From contig JAWKQD010000001.1 in the NCBI GenBank assembly GCA_041390285.1, positions 152,839-216,838 of the forward strand: 64,000 nt of DNA. The letters run 5' to 3'. Shown here piece after piece: positions 29,974 through 40,213 of the stretch (position 1 is the stretch's first letter; the number at the start of each line of letters is the position of its first letter). The notes below the pieces were generated by a model. That model was not told the origin of the DNA, made no database searches, and saw nothing but the letters and a program-made list of their open reading frames with translations. Origin of the DNA: Thermodesulfobacteriota bacterium. Its GTDB lineage: Bacteria > Desulfobacterota_D > UBA1144 > Nemesobacterales > UBA2774. Made by a program: the position numbers and the translations under genes.

Positions 29974-31107
29974 TCATACGACCGGGAGGTCTTTCCAGAA
30001 CCTGGACTGGCCCGTGAATATGTGCCCGGTTACGACCGGGTCGGGAGAGAGGGTCCAGTCGCCGTACTGGTGGGAGCCGCCGAGCATTATGCCGTCCGTG
30101 CGGGGAATCATGTAGAGGCCGTCACGCCTCATGAGGGTGATGTAGTCGATCTCGGGCTGGGGCAAGAGGACGGTGAGCTGGCCCTTTAGGGGCTCGAGCT
30201 CGCGGTCCTTGAAGAGAAAATAGGACCCGAGGCCGGTGCAGTTCATAATGAGCGGCTCAGGGAGCGACATAAGCTCAGCGATGTCCTTGAAGTCCCTGAC
30301 TATTATCCTCCCGCCGGCCGCCCTGAAATCAGCCATCACGGCGTTGAGGTATACCGGGGTGTCGATGAGCATGGTCTTTACGGTTTTACACGATGGCTCG
30401 TCGAACGGGTACTCGCCCGGGACCAGGGTTTTGGGCTTGCCGTATATTTCGGGGAGGTCATGGATGACGGAAGGGAGCGTGACGGGGTCGTTGCCGAAGT
30501 AAAAATTGTCGGCCACTCTTACGCCGTATTTGCCGCCGATCATATTCCTGTAGTACCCGAAGGAGAGGCGGGCGGCGCGTAGGAACTGTTGGTAAAACTC
30601 GGGCGTTATCATCTCTTCGTCGAATACCGTGAACGGCGACCATTGGCCGGCGGCGACATTGGACGTCGTATTAGGGGGAAGGTCCTTCGCGTATATCGTG
30701 ACTGCATAGCCCTCCATCTGGAGGAGCCTCGCAGCAGAGAGACCGACTGCACCGCACCCGAGGACGGCGCACGATCTGTGCCCGAGCGGTGCGGCTTCCT
30801 TCACCGCGATGTGGGATGTTCCCCAGGAGAGGGTAAGGCCGCCACCGCCGTGGCCGTAATTATGGACGACGTCTTTTGTGCCGATGCGCTCTCGGCGGAC
30901 GACGAACCCCGAGGGCCTGTAGGGCCGTAGGCCGACTACCTGCCTCAGAACCCTGTCCTCGGACACGTTTACCAGGGGAAAGTAGCGGTAGGGCCGGACG
31001 GGCGGCTTCGTGACTTTGGGGGCGCAGGCCCCGGCCGCGGCGGAAAGCAGGCCCAGGCCCGCTATCCTGACGAATTCTCTCCGGCTGAAAAGATTTCCGT
31101 CAGACAT
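29974..31107 (-). CDS. Tat-exported FAD-dependent oxidoreductase (D-amino-acid oxidase family)
   Basis: Twin-arginine signal SRREFVRIAGLGLLSAAAGACA. Dinucleotide-binding motif VLGCGAVGLSAARLL. HNYGHGGGGLTLSWG as in DAO-type flavoproteins. Confidence 0.75.
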   Translation of the reverse strand: MSDGNLFSRREFVRIAGLGLLSAAAGACAPKVTKPPVRPYRYFPLVNVSEDRVLRQVVGLRPYRPSGFVVRRERIGTKDVVHNYGHGGGGLTLSWGTSHIAVKEAAPLGHRSCAVLGCGAVGLSAARLLQMEGYAVTIYAKDLPPNTTSNVAAGQWSPFTVFDEEMITPEFYQQFLRAARLSFGYYRNMIGGKYGVRVADNFYFGNDPVTLPSVIHDLPEIYGKPKTLVPGEYPFDEPSCKTVKTMLIDTPVYLNAVMADFRAAGGRIIVRDFKDIAELMSLPEPLIMNCTGLGSYFLFKDRELEPLKGQLTVLLPQPEIDYITLMRRDGLYMIPRTDGIMLGGSHQYGDWTLSPDPVVTGHIFTGQSRFWKDLPVV

Positions 31108-31153
31108 TCAATCCTCCTTCGAAAATCAGCCGCGCGGGACTGCCGTGCCCGCG

Positions 31154-31871
31154 CTATTTTATTCCGGCGTATGCGGCGAAACAGGCGTTCTTGTGAAGGA
31201 CGTCCGTTTCAGTGAAGCCGCACTTCTTCATAAGCTCGAGCTGGTAGGAAATGCTCCTCGGGGTGTCTTCCTTGTCTATGTACGCGAAGACTTTCTCCCG
31301 GTATTCGGCACCGCCCAGGCTTTCGAGGTAGGCTCCATAGCGCTCATATTCAATGGCGTGAAGGGCGGGGCTTGAGCTCCATACCATGTCGCTCACGAGG
31401 AATACGCCGCCCGGTTTCATGAGGGCGTGGATCTTGCGGAAGCATCCCTCCCAGTCGGCGTCGTCCCGCAAATGATGGAGCACTGCGGCCGCCACCACGA
31501 TGTCGTAGCGAAGAGGGAAGGGCGGTGTCCCGGAAATCCCCGTGGAATATCCTGACCTCCCGCGTTCTCGGCGGCCAGCCTTCGCGGGCGCGCCCGAGCA
31601 TCGGGAGGCTGAGGTCTACGAGGTCGCAGTTTAGGCCCGGCAGGAGCCGGAGTATGGAGATGGTGTTGTTCCCCGCGCCGGAGCCGATGTCGAGGATGTT
31701 TTCGGCGCCGGGCCTTAGACCCGCCGCAGTGCGGGAAATGAGATCCAGCATGATGGGGGCGTCCATGACGGCCTGCTGGCCTGTTTCGAGGTTCGAGAAC
31801 CTTTCGACGTCGGCGTCAAACCGTGCTTTTATCTCGTCTACTGTCGATTTCTTTCCTTGTGGAGTGTTCAC
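31154..31871 (-). pseudogene. Class I SAM-dependent methyltransferase, one frameshift near 31500-31520
   Basis: Motif I ILDIGSGAGNNT is in ORF 31350..31871. The C-terminal part VAAAVLHHLRDDADWEGCFRKIHALMKPGGVFLVSD is in ORF 31154..31498. Confidence 0.75.
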
Positions 31872-32322
31872 GCCGTAATATTCTACCCTCAGGCAGCGTG
31901 AGCGCCATAGGGATGTGGATGACGCCGTATATGATCTTCTCTTCGGAGGTCTTCGTGAAGCCGAGGCTTTCGTAAAAGGGGACGGCGAAGCGGGAGGAGT
32001 GGACCGTAACGCTCTTGGGAGGAGATCCTTCCGAGATTATGCGCTCGAGGGCGAGCCTGAAGAGCTCTTTCCTGATGCCTTTACGGTGGTGGGCCTTATC
32101 GACGAAGAGCATCGAGATGTGCTTTAACTCCCGGATTTCGATCATGCCGGCTATGTCACCGTCGGCTTCGGCGACGAGGACGAAGTGGAGTGTCCGAGCG
32201 CTTCGCGAGTGAGCGGGGTTCGCGTATTTAAAGAATTCGTCTATGCCTTCCTCTGAAAACCCGGGGGCGATGAATTCGTTAAACGAGCGTGCGACGAGGT
32301 TCGAGACGGCTGTCTCCTTCAC
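31816..32322 (-). CDS. GNAT-family N-acetyltransferase
   Basis: LFVDKAHHRKGIRKELFRLAL acetyl-CoA-binding motif. The 3' end overlaps the methyltransferase start by 56 nt. Confidence 0.7.
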   Translation of the reverse strand: MKETAVSNLVARSFNEFIAPGFSEEGIDEFFKYANPAHSRSARTLHFVLVAEADGDIAGMIEIRELKHISMLFVDKAHHRKGIRKELFRLALERIISEGSPPKSVTVHSSRFAVPFYESLGFTKTSEEKIIYGVIHIPMALTLPEGRILRREHSTRKEIDSRRDKSTV

Positions 32323-32397
32323 CGGGCCGGGCGGCTCTGTAGACGGCGCCGTTCTTATTCATTGGGGATCTCTCGGCGGGGGGATTAGGGATTGAGA

Positions 32398-32756
32398 TTA
32401 CTCCCTTATCCACTCCTTGGCCTCTTCCTTCTCGTCGAAGGTGAAGTGACGGACCTCGACGCCGGGGACTATGCTCCCGGCGATCTGGACCCACGTGCTG
32501 AGCCAGCCTTTGTCGGAAACGACGGCTTCCTTGTCGAATTCGCGCCAGTATCTGAGGCCGTAGTGGATGTCCTTCATGAAGGAGTTTACGGACATCCCTT
32601 GAATTCCTCCATCTCGGCGTAGACCCTGAGCTTCTTATGGAGCTTTAGCCTCTCCTCCATAATCCCGACTATCTCGTCGAACTCGTTGTCCTCGAGCCTT
32701 CCCTTGACGCGGAAACCTATAATGTTCTCTTCATCGAAAGGGATGATTTCAATCAT
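32398..32756 (-). pseudogene. SpoIIAA-like STAS/DUF3478 protein, one frameshift at about 32595
   Basis: ATG 32756 gives MIEIIPFDEENIIGFRVKGRLEDNEFDEIVGIMEERLKLHKKLRVYAEMEEFKG. It continues one frame off as MSVNSFMKDIHYGLRYWREFDKEAVVSDKGW... (ORF 32398..32595). The junction is in a short G run. Confidence 0.6.
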
Positions 32757-32830
32757 GGCACTCTCCTGTAAACAGGATACCTCAATTCGTGCCGAGCTGA
32801 TTGTTGACGCAGAATACGGTCATGCGGTAA

Positions 32831-33564
32831 TCAAATCTCGCCCTTTTTCCAGACGGCGCTGCAGCTCTGAATGATCTTCCTTTCGGGGGAGCCGGCGGGG
32901 TATTGCTGGAGCATCTGGTTGAGCGTGGCCAGGGATTCCGTCTGGTTCTTTATGCAGTATTCCTGCATGCGCTGGTCGGCCGGCCAGCTCGCGGTGCACA
33001 TGCGCTCGATCTTCTGGGCGGAAGTTTCCTTGACCGTATTCGGAGCGGAGCCGCGGCGGCGGCCGACGGGCTCGTTATGAGGCTGTTAACCTGGCGTATC
33101 TTGTTGTCGGCCGAAACGAGGTTCTGCCACCCGCGCTCGGCGTATTCGGATTTAATGTTGCTGTCGGTTTCGACGCACGCGGTCGCATATTGCGAGAGGC
33201 CGTTCGAATAATCGCCGATTGCCTGAAGCGCCGTCGCGTGGACCTCGCCCATTCTCGGAGGCGGGGATGGTCGTGAGCCTGGTCTTTAGGGATTCGACTA
33301 TCCCCTGATAGTATCCGAACTCGTAGGAGCATTTGTCGGGAGCCCCGTGGATGAGGCTGACGGCGTTTGCGCTTACGGACTTACCCAGCTCGGAAAGCTC
33401 GTAGAGAATCGGCGTTATGTCTTTTAGATAAATCTTCTCTTTGTTGTCGAACGTATCCGCCTCGGCGGGGTCGGCGAAAAACGCCCCAGCGGCAGTATCG
33501 ACACGGCAAGGAATAAAAGGGCCGGAATGAAAATTCCGGTTATCTCTTTATTTGTGCGGTTCAT
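32831..33564 (-). pseudogene. Secreted two-domain protein of unknown function (paralog of 45379..46847), three frameshifts
   Basis: GAAGGAGG RBS and ATG 33564. Signal-anchor MNRTNKEITGIFIPALLFLAVSIL. Pieces DTFDNKEKIYLKDITPILYELSELGKSVSANAV, MGEVHATALQAIGDYSNGLSQYATAC and KIERMCTASWPADQRMQEYC...SPERKIIQSCSAVWKKGEI lie in three frames. Confidence 0.6.
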
Positions 33565-33765
33565 GGGCAATCCTCCTTCGTCTTCTCGACGCCCGTTTCG
33601 GGGCGTATCGTTTTATTAATAAATCAAAATTACATGATTGTGACGCAGTTTCTAAGCTATTTTTTTATTTACTGTAAGCTTCGTTTGCGGTTTGCGCTGG
33701 ATCCCTTTCGCCCCCCGGGCCCCCCGAAAGTAAGAACACCCGCCTCCCGAACGCTCCTCTAAACC

Positions 33766-34299
33766 CTATTCTTTAAAGGCTTTTGTGAGCGGGGCGTCGA
33801 ACTCGACGTCTATCTTCGGCCCCTCGGCTGCCGAGGCGTCAACCGACATCTTGCCGGCCTTTTTTTCGGGGGTGTCTGTGGTAAGTGTCAGGGCCGAGGT
33901 ATCCGAATTGCCCGAATACTGCATGAGACCGTTGTTCGTGACGACCCAGTAGACGACCCTTACTGTGCCGCCGAAGTCTTCAGTAGACAAAGTCATTCCC
34001 TCGGTCAGCCCGCCCGCACAGCTTTGGGATTCGCATTTCGCTATCGTTTCGGAGAGGTCCGTCGGCGAGAGGATTATGGTGGTTTCGGTCTGGTCGGGGT
34101 CGAACATGTCGGGCCCCGTGATGATGTAAGCGTATTTGAGCTCGACCGTTTTATCCTTGTACTGTATCTTCCCTTTGGCCGTTCCGCCCGGAGCGCCGGC
34201 GGATGCCGACGGAACAGTGACGGCGCTTATAACGGCGGCCATGGCCAGGCATGATATGGCAGAAAAGATAAATCCGGGATTTACGAAATAACGATTCAT
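33766..34299 (-). CDS. Secreted protein of unknown function
   Basis: Intact 177-aa ORF with a signal peptide (…VPSASAGAP). No recognised domain. Confidence 0.55.
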   Translation of the reverse strand: MNRYFVNPGFIFSAISCLAMAAVISAVTVPSASAGAPGGTAKGKIQYKDKTVELKYAYIITGPDMFDPDQTETTIILSPTDLSETIAKCESQSCAGGLTEGMTLSTEDFGGTVRVVYWVVTNNGLMQYSGNSDTSALTLTTDTPEKKAGKMSVDASAAEGPKIDVEFDAPLTKAFKE

Positions 34300-34613
34300 T
34301 TGCTTCTCCTTTACCCGAGGTTTTTATGATGCGCCGTCCGCCGGAGGGCCCCCATTGCCGAGATTATGATGCAGGCCGGAACCCCCGTCAATGGGGACTG
34401 GAAAATGGCCGAATAGCTCCAGTGACGGCGGGAAAAAGATGCTGATACATCTTTTTGCCGAGGCCGGTTTTTCACTCTACTAAGGCGTTAAATCCGGGTA
34501 AATTATATGTAAGAGAAGGGGCGTGGGGAATTCTGCATCCTACTGTGCAGACCGATCTTTGGCCCAAGGCGAAAATTACTGTCTTTTGTTAAACCTGTTC
34601 CGGAGGTCGGATC

Positions 34614-35108
34614 GTGCAATATTTATACGTTGCTGTTTTGTTTGTACCGGTATTTCTCGCCGGCTGTGTAGAAATCGGGGGCTCGGACTCGGACCCGATA
34701 GGCGGAGAGATCATTGAACAGAGGCCTCTGACGGACGAGGAGACGGCCGTCTGGATCGATCAGGCGGAGTGTATGGAGGAGGCCAGCAAGTCAACAGACG
34801 ATATAAAGGACCTCGACGCCACCGAGGTTCCGATAGTAAGCGAGATTACGGTAAGGAACAACCTCACGTGCGGCGACGCACCGCCCGACAGCCTGGTCGC
34901 CTGTCAGTCCAAAGACGAAATAGCGTTTCAGAGCGGGCTCGATCACAATACCTTTCTTAGGGCTTTAAGGCACGAGGAAATACACTACATTTTGTTTTTC
35001 CTGACGGGTAACGGCGACGGCAACCACAGGAGCATATGGTTCAATATACAAGAAAGCCCTTGCCCCGAGACCGCCGGCGGGCAGCTGAGATTTACAGCGC
35101 TTCCCTAG
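34614..35108 (+). CDS. Small lipoprotein with an HEXXH zinc-metallopeptidase-like motif
   Basis: GTG start, lipobox FLAGC, motif LRHEEIHYILF. Confidence 0.5.
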   Translation: MQYLYVAVLFVPVFLAGCVEIGGSDSDPIGGEIIEQRPLTDEETAVWIDQAECMEEASKSTDDIKDLDATEVPIVSEITVRNNLTCGDAPPDSLVACQSKDEIAFQSGLDHNTFLRALRHEEIHYILFFLTGNGDGNHRSIWFNIQESPCPETAGGQLRFTALP

Positions 35109-35165
35109 TTTTGTCTGAAATTTCCCCCGCTGACGCACGGCTGACGGGTCGTTCTTCTCCGGCGT

Positions 35166-37861
35166 CTAGCGGCCGGCCGATCTATTCCTGAACCACCATA
35201 TCAGCTTGTGAATTTCCATCGTTATGAATATCGTGAGCGCAATGGCGGCCACAATTCCCCACGTCTCAAGGGACACGGGCTCCGTCCCGAGTAACTCCTG
35301 CCCGAGCGGCAGGTACATCGCGGCCACGTGAACCAGGAGGGCTGCGACGGCGCCGGTCAGAAGTATGGGGCTCCGGAAGGGAGATAGGATGAGTGCGGAT
35401 TTCGTCTCCGAGCGGCAGTTGCCTATGTGGACGTTCTCGAAAAGCACCATCAGGAGCAGGAGCACGTTGCGGGCCGAGGCCTCGCTCCATCCGGTGTGAA
35501 TGAGGTAGTAGAAAAAGCCGAAGCCCACGACACCCATCGTCAGAGCCGATACCAGCGTCCGCTCGGTCATTATCCTGTTAAAAATGTGCTCCTTGGGCGG
35601 TCTCGGCTTCTTTTTAAGCGAGTCTCCTTCACCGGGCTCGAAGGCAAGGGCCACGTCCTGTATGCCGTTAGTGACCAGGTTGAGCCAGAGTATTTGTACC
35701 GGGAGCAGCGGGAGAGGCAGGCCGGAGACGAGGCAAAGGGTTATTAAAACCAACTCGGCAGCGCCGGTGGAAACCAGCAAGAAAATTACTTTCCGGACAT
35801 TGTCGTATGCGATGCGGCCTTCTTCGACCCCGGCCACGATCGTCGCGAAGTTGTCGTCGCTGATTACGAGCTCGGACACTTCGCGCGCCACGTCCGTGCC
35901 TTCCTTCCCCATGGCTATGCCTATGTTGGCGGTCTTGAGCGCGGGGCGTCGTTGACGCCGTCCCCGGTTACGGCGACGAAGTGCCCGGCCTTTTGCACCG
36001 CCTCGACGATCTGGTATTTCTGGTTGGGGCTCACCCTTGCGAAGACGTTGGTACGGCCGACGATCTTTTCGATCTCTTCCGGCGGCCCGGACGTCAATTC
36101 GACCCCTGTTACGACCTGTGAGTAATCGGAGGCCATACCGAGGTCGCGCGCTATGGCGAGGGCCGTGACGGGGTGGTCCCCGGTTACCATCGATACCTCT
36201 ATGCCCGCTTTCCGGCAGCTGTTTACCGCTTCTTTCACGCCGTGCCTGAGCGGGTCGATCATTCCCGCAAACCCCAGCAGATTGAGGCCGGAGGGCTCCG
36301 GAGGGACGTCGGAAGGGCTCAAATCGTCCGCGATCTCCCCCTCGGCCAGCGCGAGCACGCGGAAGCCTCTAGCGGCCATGTCTTCCGCTATTGCGAGGAG
36401 CCGGGCCGCGTCTTCGTCCCTCACGAGGCCGCACATTTCGACGACCCTCTCGGGGGCGCCCTTTACGAAGACCGCTGTCGAGTGCTCACCTGTCTTGTGA
36501 TAGGAAGCCGAGAATTGCCGCTCGGGCTCGAACGGTATATCGTTCACCCGGGGGTAGGAATCGAGGAGCGGCTCGCGGTGGTAGCCGAGCTTGTGGCCGA
36601 GCGAGAGGAGGGATATATCGACCGTATCCCCATGCCACCCCCAGCCGTTGTCCCTGTGGTGGAGGTCGGCTTCGTTGCAGAGTACGGCTGCTATCGCCAG
36701 GCGATCGAGCCAAGGATGGCTCCCATGCGTCACCGGCTTCCCGCCAAAGAGCACCTCCCCCTCGGGCGCGAAGCCGACACCGCTTACCTCGAACACCTCG
36801 CCCCCGGGGAGGCGCACTTCTTTGACCGTAAGCTCGTTCCGCGTGAGGGTGCCCGTTTTGTCTGTCGCTATGTACGTGCAGCTCCCGAGCCCTTCGACGG
36901 CCGCCAGCCTGCGGACAATAACCCCTCTCCTGGCCATTCTCGTCGTTGCAACGGCGAGGGCTACCGTCATCGCAATAGGCAGTCCTTCGGGTATGGCGGA
37001 AACCGCGAGGGCCACTATAAAAAGGAGCATTTCCGTAAGACCGTATCTGTCGAGCGCAAGGCCGAGTATCCCTATAGCGACCGCGGATATAAGGACCGTC
37101 AAACCGATAACGTGCGTGAACCGCTTCATCCTCGTCACCAGCGGCGGATCGCCGCCAGTATCCCCCATCACTTCGAGAGCCAGCTCTCCGACGACGGTTT
37201 CCTGCCCCGTAGCCACGACCGCGCCCTTGGCGCGGCCCCTCGTGACGATCGATCCCGCATAGGCCATGTTGAGCGTGTCGCCGAGGGTGGTGCCCTGTTT
37301 ACCCATCCACGACTGGTCTTTCAGTACGGGGAGGGATTCGCCTGTGAGGAGGGATTCGTCCACCTCGAGCCCGTTCGTCATGAAGAGCCTTATGTCGGCC
37401 GGGACGCGGTTGCCGGATTCGAGCCATACGATGTCCCCCGGGACTACGTTCCCGGCATCGATATCGACTATTTCGCCGTCTCTCTCCAGGGTTGCCTTGA
37501 TCTTCAGCAGTTTTTGGAGCGCCTTTGCGCTCTGCTCGGCACGCCACTCCTGGTAGCCCCCGATTACGGCATTCAGGACCAGCACAAAAAGAATGAAGCC
37601 CGCGTCCATCGGCTCGTTTATGGCGAAGGCTATAACCGCCGCAAAGACCAATATGTACATGAGCGGGTTTCGGAACTGGGACAGGAAGATTTTCCAGAAC
37701 GGCGGAGGCGGCTTTTGCGGAAGCGAGTTGGTCCCGTATCGGGCCAGCCTTTCGGCGGCCTCGGAGTCGAGGAGCCCGCTTTCGCGTGTGTCGAGCGCTT
37801 CGAGAACCGCCCCGATGTCCATTGCGTGCCAGATGCGCGTCTGTGCTTGTTTATCTTTCAT
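35166..37861 (-). pseudogene. P2-type cation-transporting ATPase (Ca2+/Mg2+-ATPase-like), one frameshift near 35940
   Basis: Cation_ATPase_N-like start, TGES, DKTGTLTRN, VAVTGDGVNDAP. The expected ...DAPALKTANIGIAMGKEGTDVA is split between ORFs 35921..37861 and 35166..35912. Confidence 0.8.
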
Positions 37862-37949
37862 AGCATTAGGGGCCCGTGTTCGGCGGGCGTACTTCGCGGG
37901 GAGATGTTCCCGGAGATACCGGGAGTTTATTAGTGCTGTCTAAACCGGG

Positions 37950-38897
37950 TCAGAGCTCTACGGGCGAGACGAATCCGGCCGGTTTTACGGTCAGAAGCGA
38001 GCATCTGACCTGATTCAAGACGGATTCCGCCGTGTTGCCTATGATAAACCCGGGCAGACCAGTTCTGCAGACGGTGCCCATGACGACGAGGTCCATTTTA
38101 TGCCTCGCGGCGAATTTGGGGATGATCACTGCCGGGTCGCCTTTAAGCAGATGGAGCTTGTATTCGGATTCGTCCAGATCTGCTTTGGCCAGGAGCCTTT
38201 CCGTAAGCTCCCTGTGGGCGCGCCTGGTTTCGCTGAGGAGCCTTTTTATCTGCGCTTCGTTCTTCCCGAAACGCGGCCCCCGGAGCGCTTTTTCGCCGAA
38301 GAGATTCCACACGTGGACTATGTGGAGCTCGCTTTTTTCGAGCTTTGCGACGGAGCGGGCGAGCTCCAAGATGGACTCGTTGAGCTCGCCGGCAATTTCG
38401 TTCATCGGGTCGGGATCGATCGCAGCGAGTATGCGGGAATACTTCCTGGACCTGGACGGTTTCAGCATCCATACCGGGCAGGGGCATTTACGAAGGAGGC
38501 TGACGTCTATGCTCCCGAGGAAGAACTCCTTCGTTCCGCTTTTGCCTTCGGCCGTTTTTATCACGAGGTCGTGGTTGTTCCTGAGAACCTCTCTGATTAT
38601 TTCTATCTGAGGCTTCCCGATCAGTATCTCGACGTTGGCCTTGATCCTTTTGCGGCTCTCGAATTTCTTTATGGATGCTTTGATCTCGGAGAGCCTGTCG
38701 TCGATGAGGGCATTTTCGAGCTGGCTTACCGAGACGGTTTCGAGAAAATCGTCCATTCTGTCGGGTATTTTTTCGAGCACATCGACGATCGTGAGCCTGG
38801 AGCCGTTGTGTTTGGCGATGGAAAAGGCGCGCTCCAGGGCGTCCTGACCGTTTTCCTTTCCGTTGTAAACCAGGAGTATCTTTTTAAATCCTGTCAT
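37950..38897 (-). CDS. Tandem universal stress protein (two UspA domains)
   Basis: Two repeats of the Usp pattern (ILLVYNGKENG... and ILAAIDPDP...DLVVMGTVCRTGLPGFIIGNTAESVL). Confidence 0.8.
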   Translation of the reverse strand: MTGFKKILLVYNGKENGQDALERAFSIAKHNGSRLTIVDVLEKIPDRMDDFLETVSVSQLENALIDDRLSEIKASIKKFESRKRIKANVEILIGKPQIEIIREVLRNNHDLVIKTAEGKSGTKEFFLGSIDVSLLRKCPCPVWMLKPSRSRKYSRILAAIDPDPMNEIAGELNESILELARSVAKLEKSELHIVHVWNLFGEKALRGPRFGKNEAQIKRLLSETRRAHRELTERLLAKADLDESEYKLHLLKGDPAVIIPKFAARHKMDLVVMGTVCRTGLPGFIIGNTAESVLNQVRCSLLTVKPAGFVSPVEL

Positions 38898-39112
38898 TCA
38901 CCTGTCTCCCGTGAATTATGGAACCTGTGACCGAATCGAATGCCTTCCGAAAAATATTATACTTTCATGGCGGTCGCTTGCAAATTTTTCCGGCGCTCAA
39001 AAGCTTCATGAACCCTCGGCCGGGTTCCTTGACTGCTCTTTTCGTTAAGGTACGTTATCTCCTGACTTTTCTTGCGGATAGAAATTCAATACTAAAGGTA
39101 TAAAAAAGGATC

Positions 39113-40213
39113 ATGGGACTCAGATGCGGACTGGTAGGGCTTCCCAACGTGGGGAAGTCTACACTTTTTAACGCCCTTACAAGCGCAGGGGCCGAAGTCG
39201 GGAATTTTCCGTTTACTACGATCGACGATAACGTCGGCATCGTGGCCGTCGCGGACGACAGGCTCCATAAAATCGCGGAGCTGGTGAAGCCGCAGAAGCT
39301 GACGCCGACCTACCTGGAAGTCGTGGACATAGCCGGCCTCGTCAAAGGCGCGTCCGAGGGAAAGGGCAGGGGGAACGCCTTCCTCGCGAGCATAAGGGAA
39401 GTCGATCTTATCCTCCACACCGTCCGCTGCTTCGAGAACGATAACGTTATACACGTCGAGGGATTTCCCGACGCGATGCGGGACATAAGCATCATAGAGG
39501 ACGAGCTTTTGCTGAAGGACCTCGAAACCCTGGAAAAGCGGCAGGACAAGCTCCAGTCGCAGGCCAAGAGCGGGGACAAGAAGGTTAAGGACGCGCTCGA
39601 AGTGGTGACGCGCCTTAAGGAATTCGTCGAGAACGGGAATAAGGTAAGAAATTTCCTGCTGGACGAGGAGTCGGCGAAGGTCGTAAAGGAGATGTATCTC
39701 CTTACCGACATACCGATGGTCTACGTTTGCAACGTGAGCGAGGACGATATTCCGGACGCCGCCGGGAACGAAGAGGTGAGGAAGGTGAGGGAATACGCCG
39801 CGAAGGAGGGCTCCGAGGTTATAGTCCTTTCGGCGAAGATCGAGGCCGAGATCGCCGAGCTCCCATACGACGAGAAGAAGCTCTTTTTGAACGAGCTCGG
39901 GCTCGAGAATTCCGGGCTCGACAGGCTCGTCAGGATTGCATATGATAAGCTTGGAATAATCACCTACTTCACGCAGGGGCCGAAGGAAGTCAGGGCGTGG
40001 ACTATAAGGAAGGGGTGGAAAGCCCCGCAGGCGGCGGGCGTCATACACACGGATTTCGAGCGCGGATTCATTCGCGCCGAGACCGCCTCGTACGACGATT
40101 TCATCACGGCGGGCTCGGAGACGGCGCTCAAGGAAGCCGGGAAGATGCGCTCCGAGGGCAAGGAGTATGTCGTCAAGGACGGGGACATAATGCTATTCAG
40201 GTTCAATGTATAA
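39113..40213 (+). CDS. ychF: Ribosome-binding ATPase YchF
   Basis: GLVGLPNVGKSTLFNALT P-loop, TGS-like C-terminus (YVVKDGDIMLFRFNV), 366 aa. Confidence 0.92.
   Translation: MGLRCGLVGLPNVGKSTLFNALTSAGAEVGNFPFTTIDDNVGIVAVADDRLHKIAELVKPQKLTPTYLEVVDIAGLVKGASEGKGRGNAFLASIREVDLILHTVRCFENDNVIHVEGFPDAMRDISIIEDELLLKDLETLEKRQDKLQSQAKSGDKKVKDALEVVTRLKEFVENGNKVRNFLLDEESAKVVKEMYLLTDIPMVYVCNVSEDDIPDAAGNEEVRKVREYAAKEGSEVIVLSAKIEAEIAELPYDEKKLFLNELGLENSGLDRLVRIAYDKLGIITYFTQGPKEVRAWTIRKGWKAPQAAGVIHTDFERGFIRAETASYDDFITAGSETALKEAGKMRSEGKEYVVKDGDIMLFRFNV

Noticed and set aside
28714-30189. 491-aa plus-strand ORF, among the longest in the track
   Set aside because: It lies antisense to three recognisable minus-strand genes (GNAT, MarC, DAO-like). 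It has an Arg/Gly/Glu/Asp/Tyr-heavy composition with no domain pattern. This is a typical shadow ORF of GC-rich DNA.
36173-37933. 586-aa plus-strand ORF
   Set aside because: Antisense to the P2-type ATPase, whose motifs (DKTGTLT, TGES, GDGVNDAP) are unambiguous on the minus strand. The composition is Arg/Pro/Gly-rich.
38968-38982. Sigma-54 promoter-like TGGCGG-TCGC-TTGCA upstream of ychF
   Set aside because: The spacing between the GG and GC elements is one nucleotide short, the -24 half is imperfect, and ychF is an unlikely sigma-54 target.
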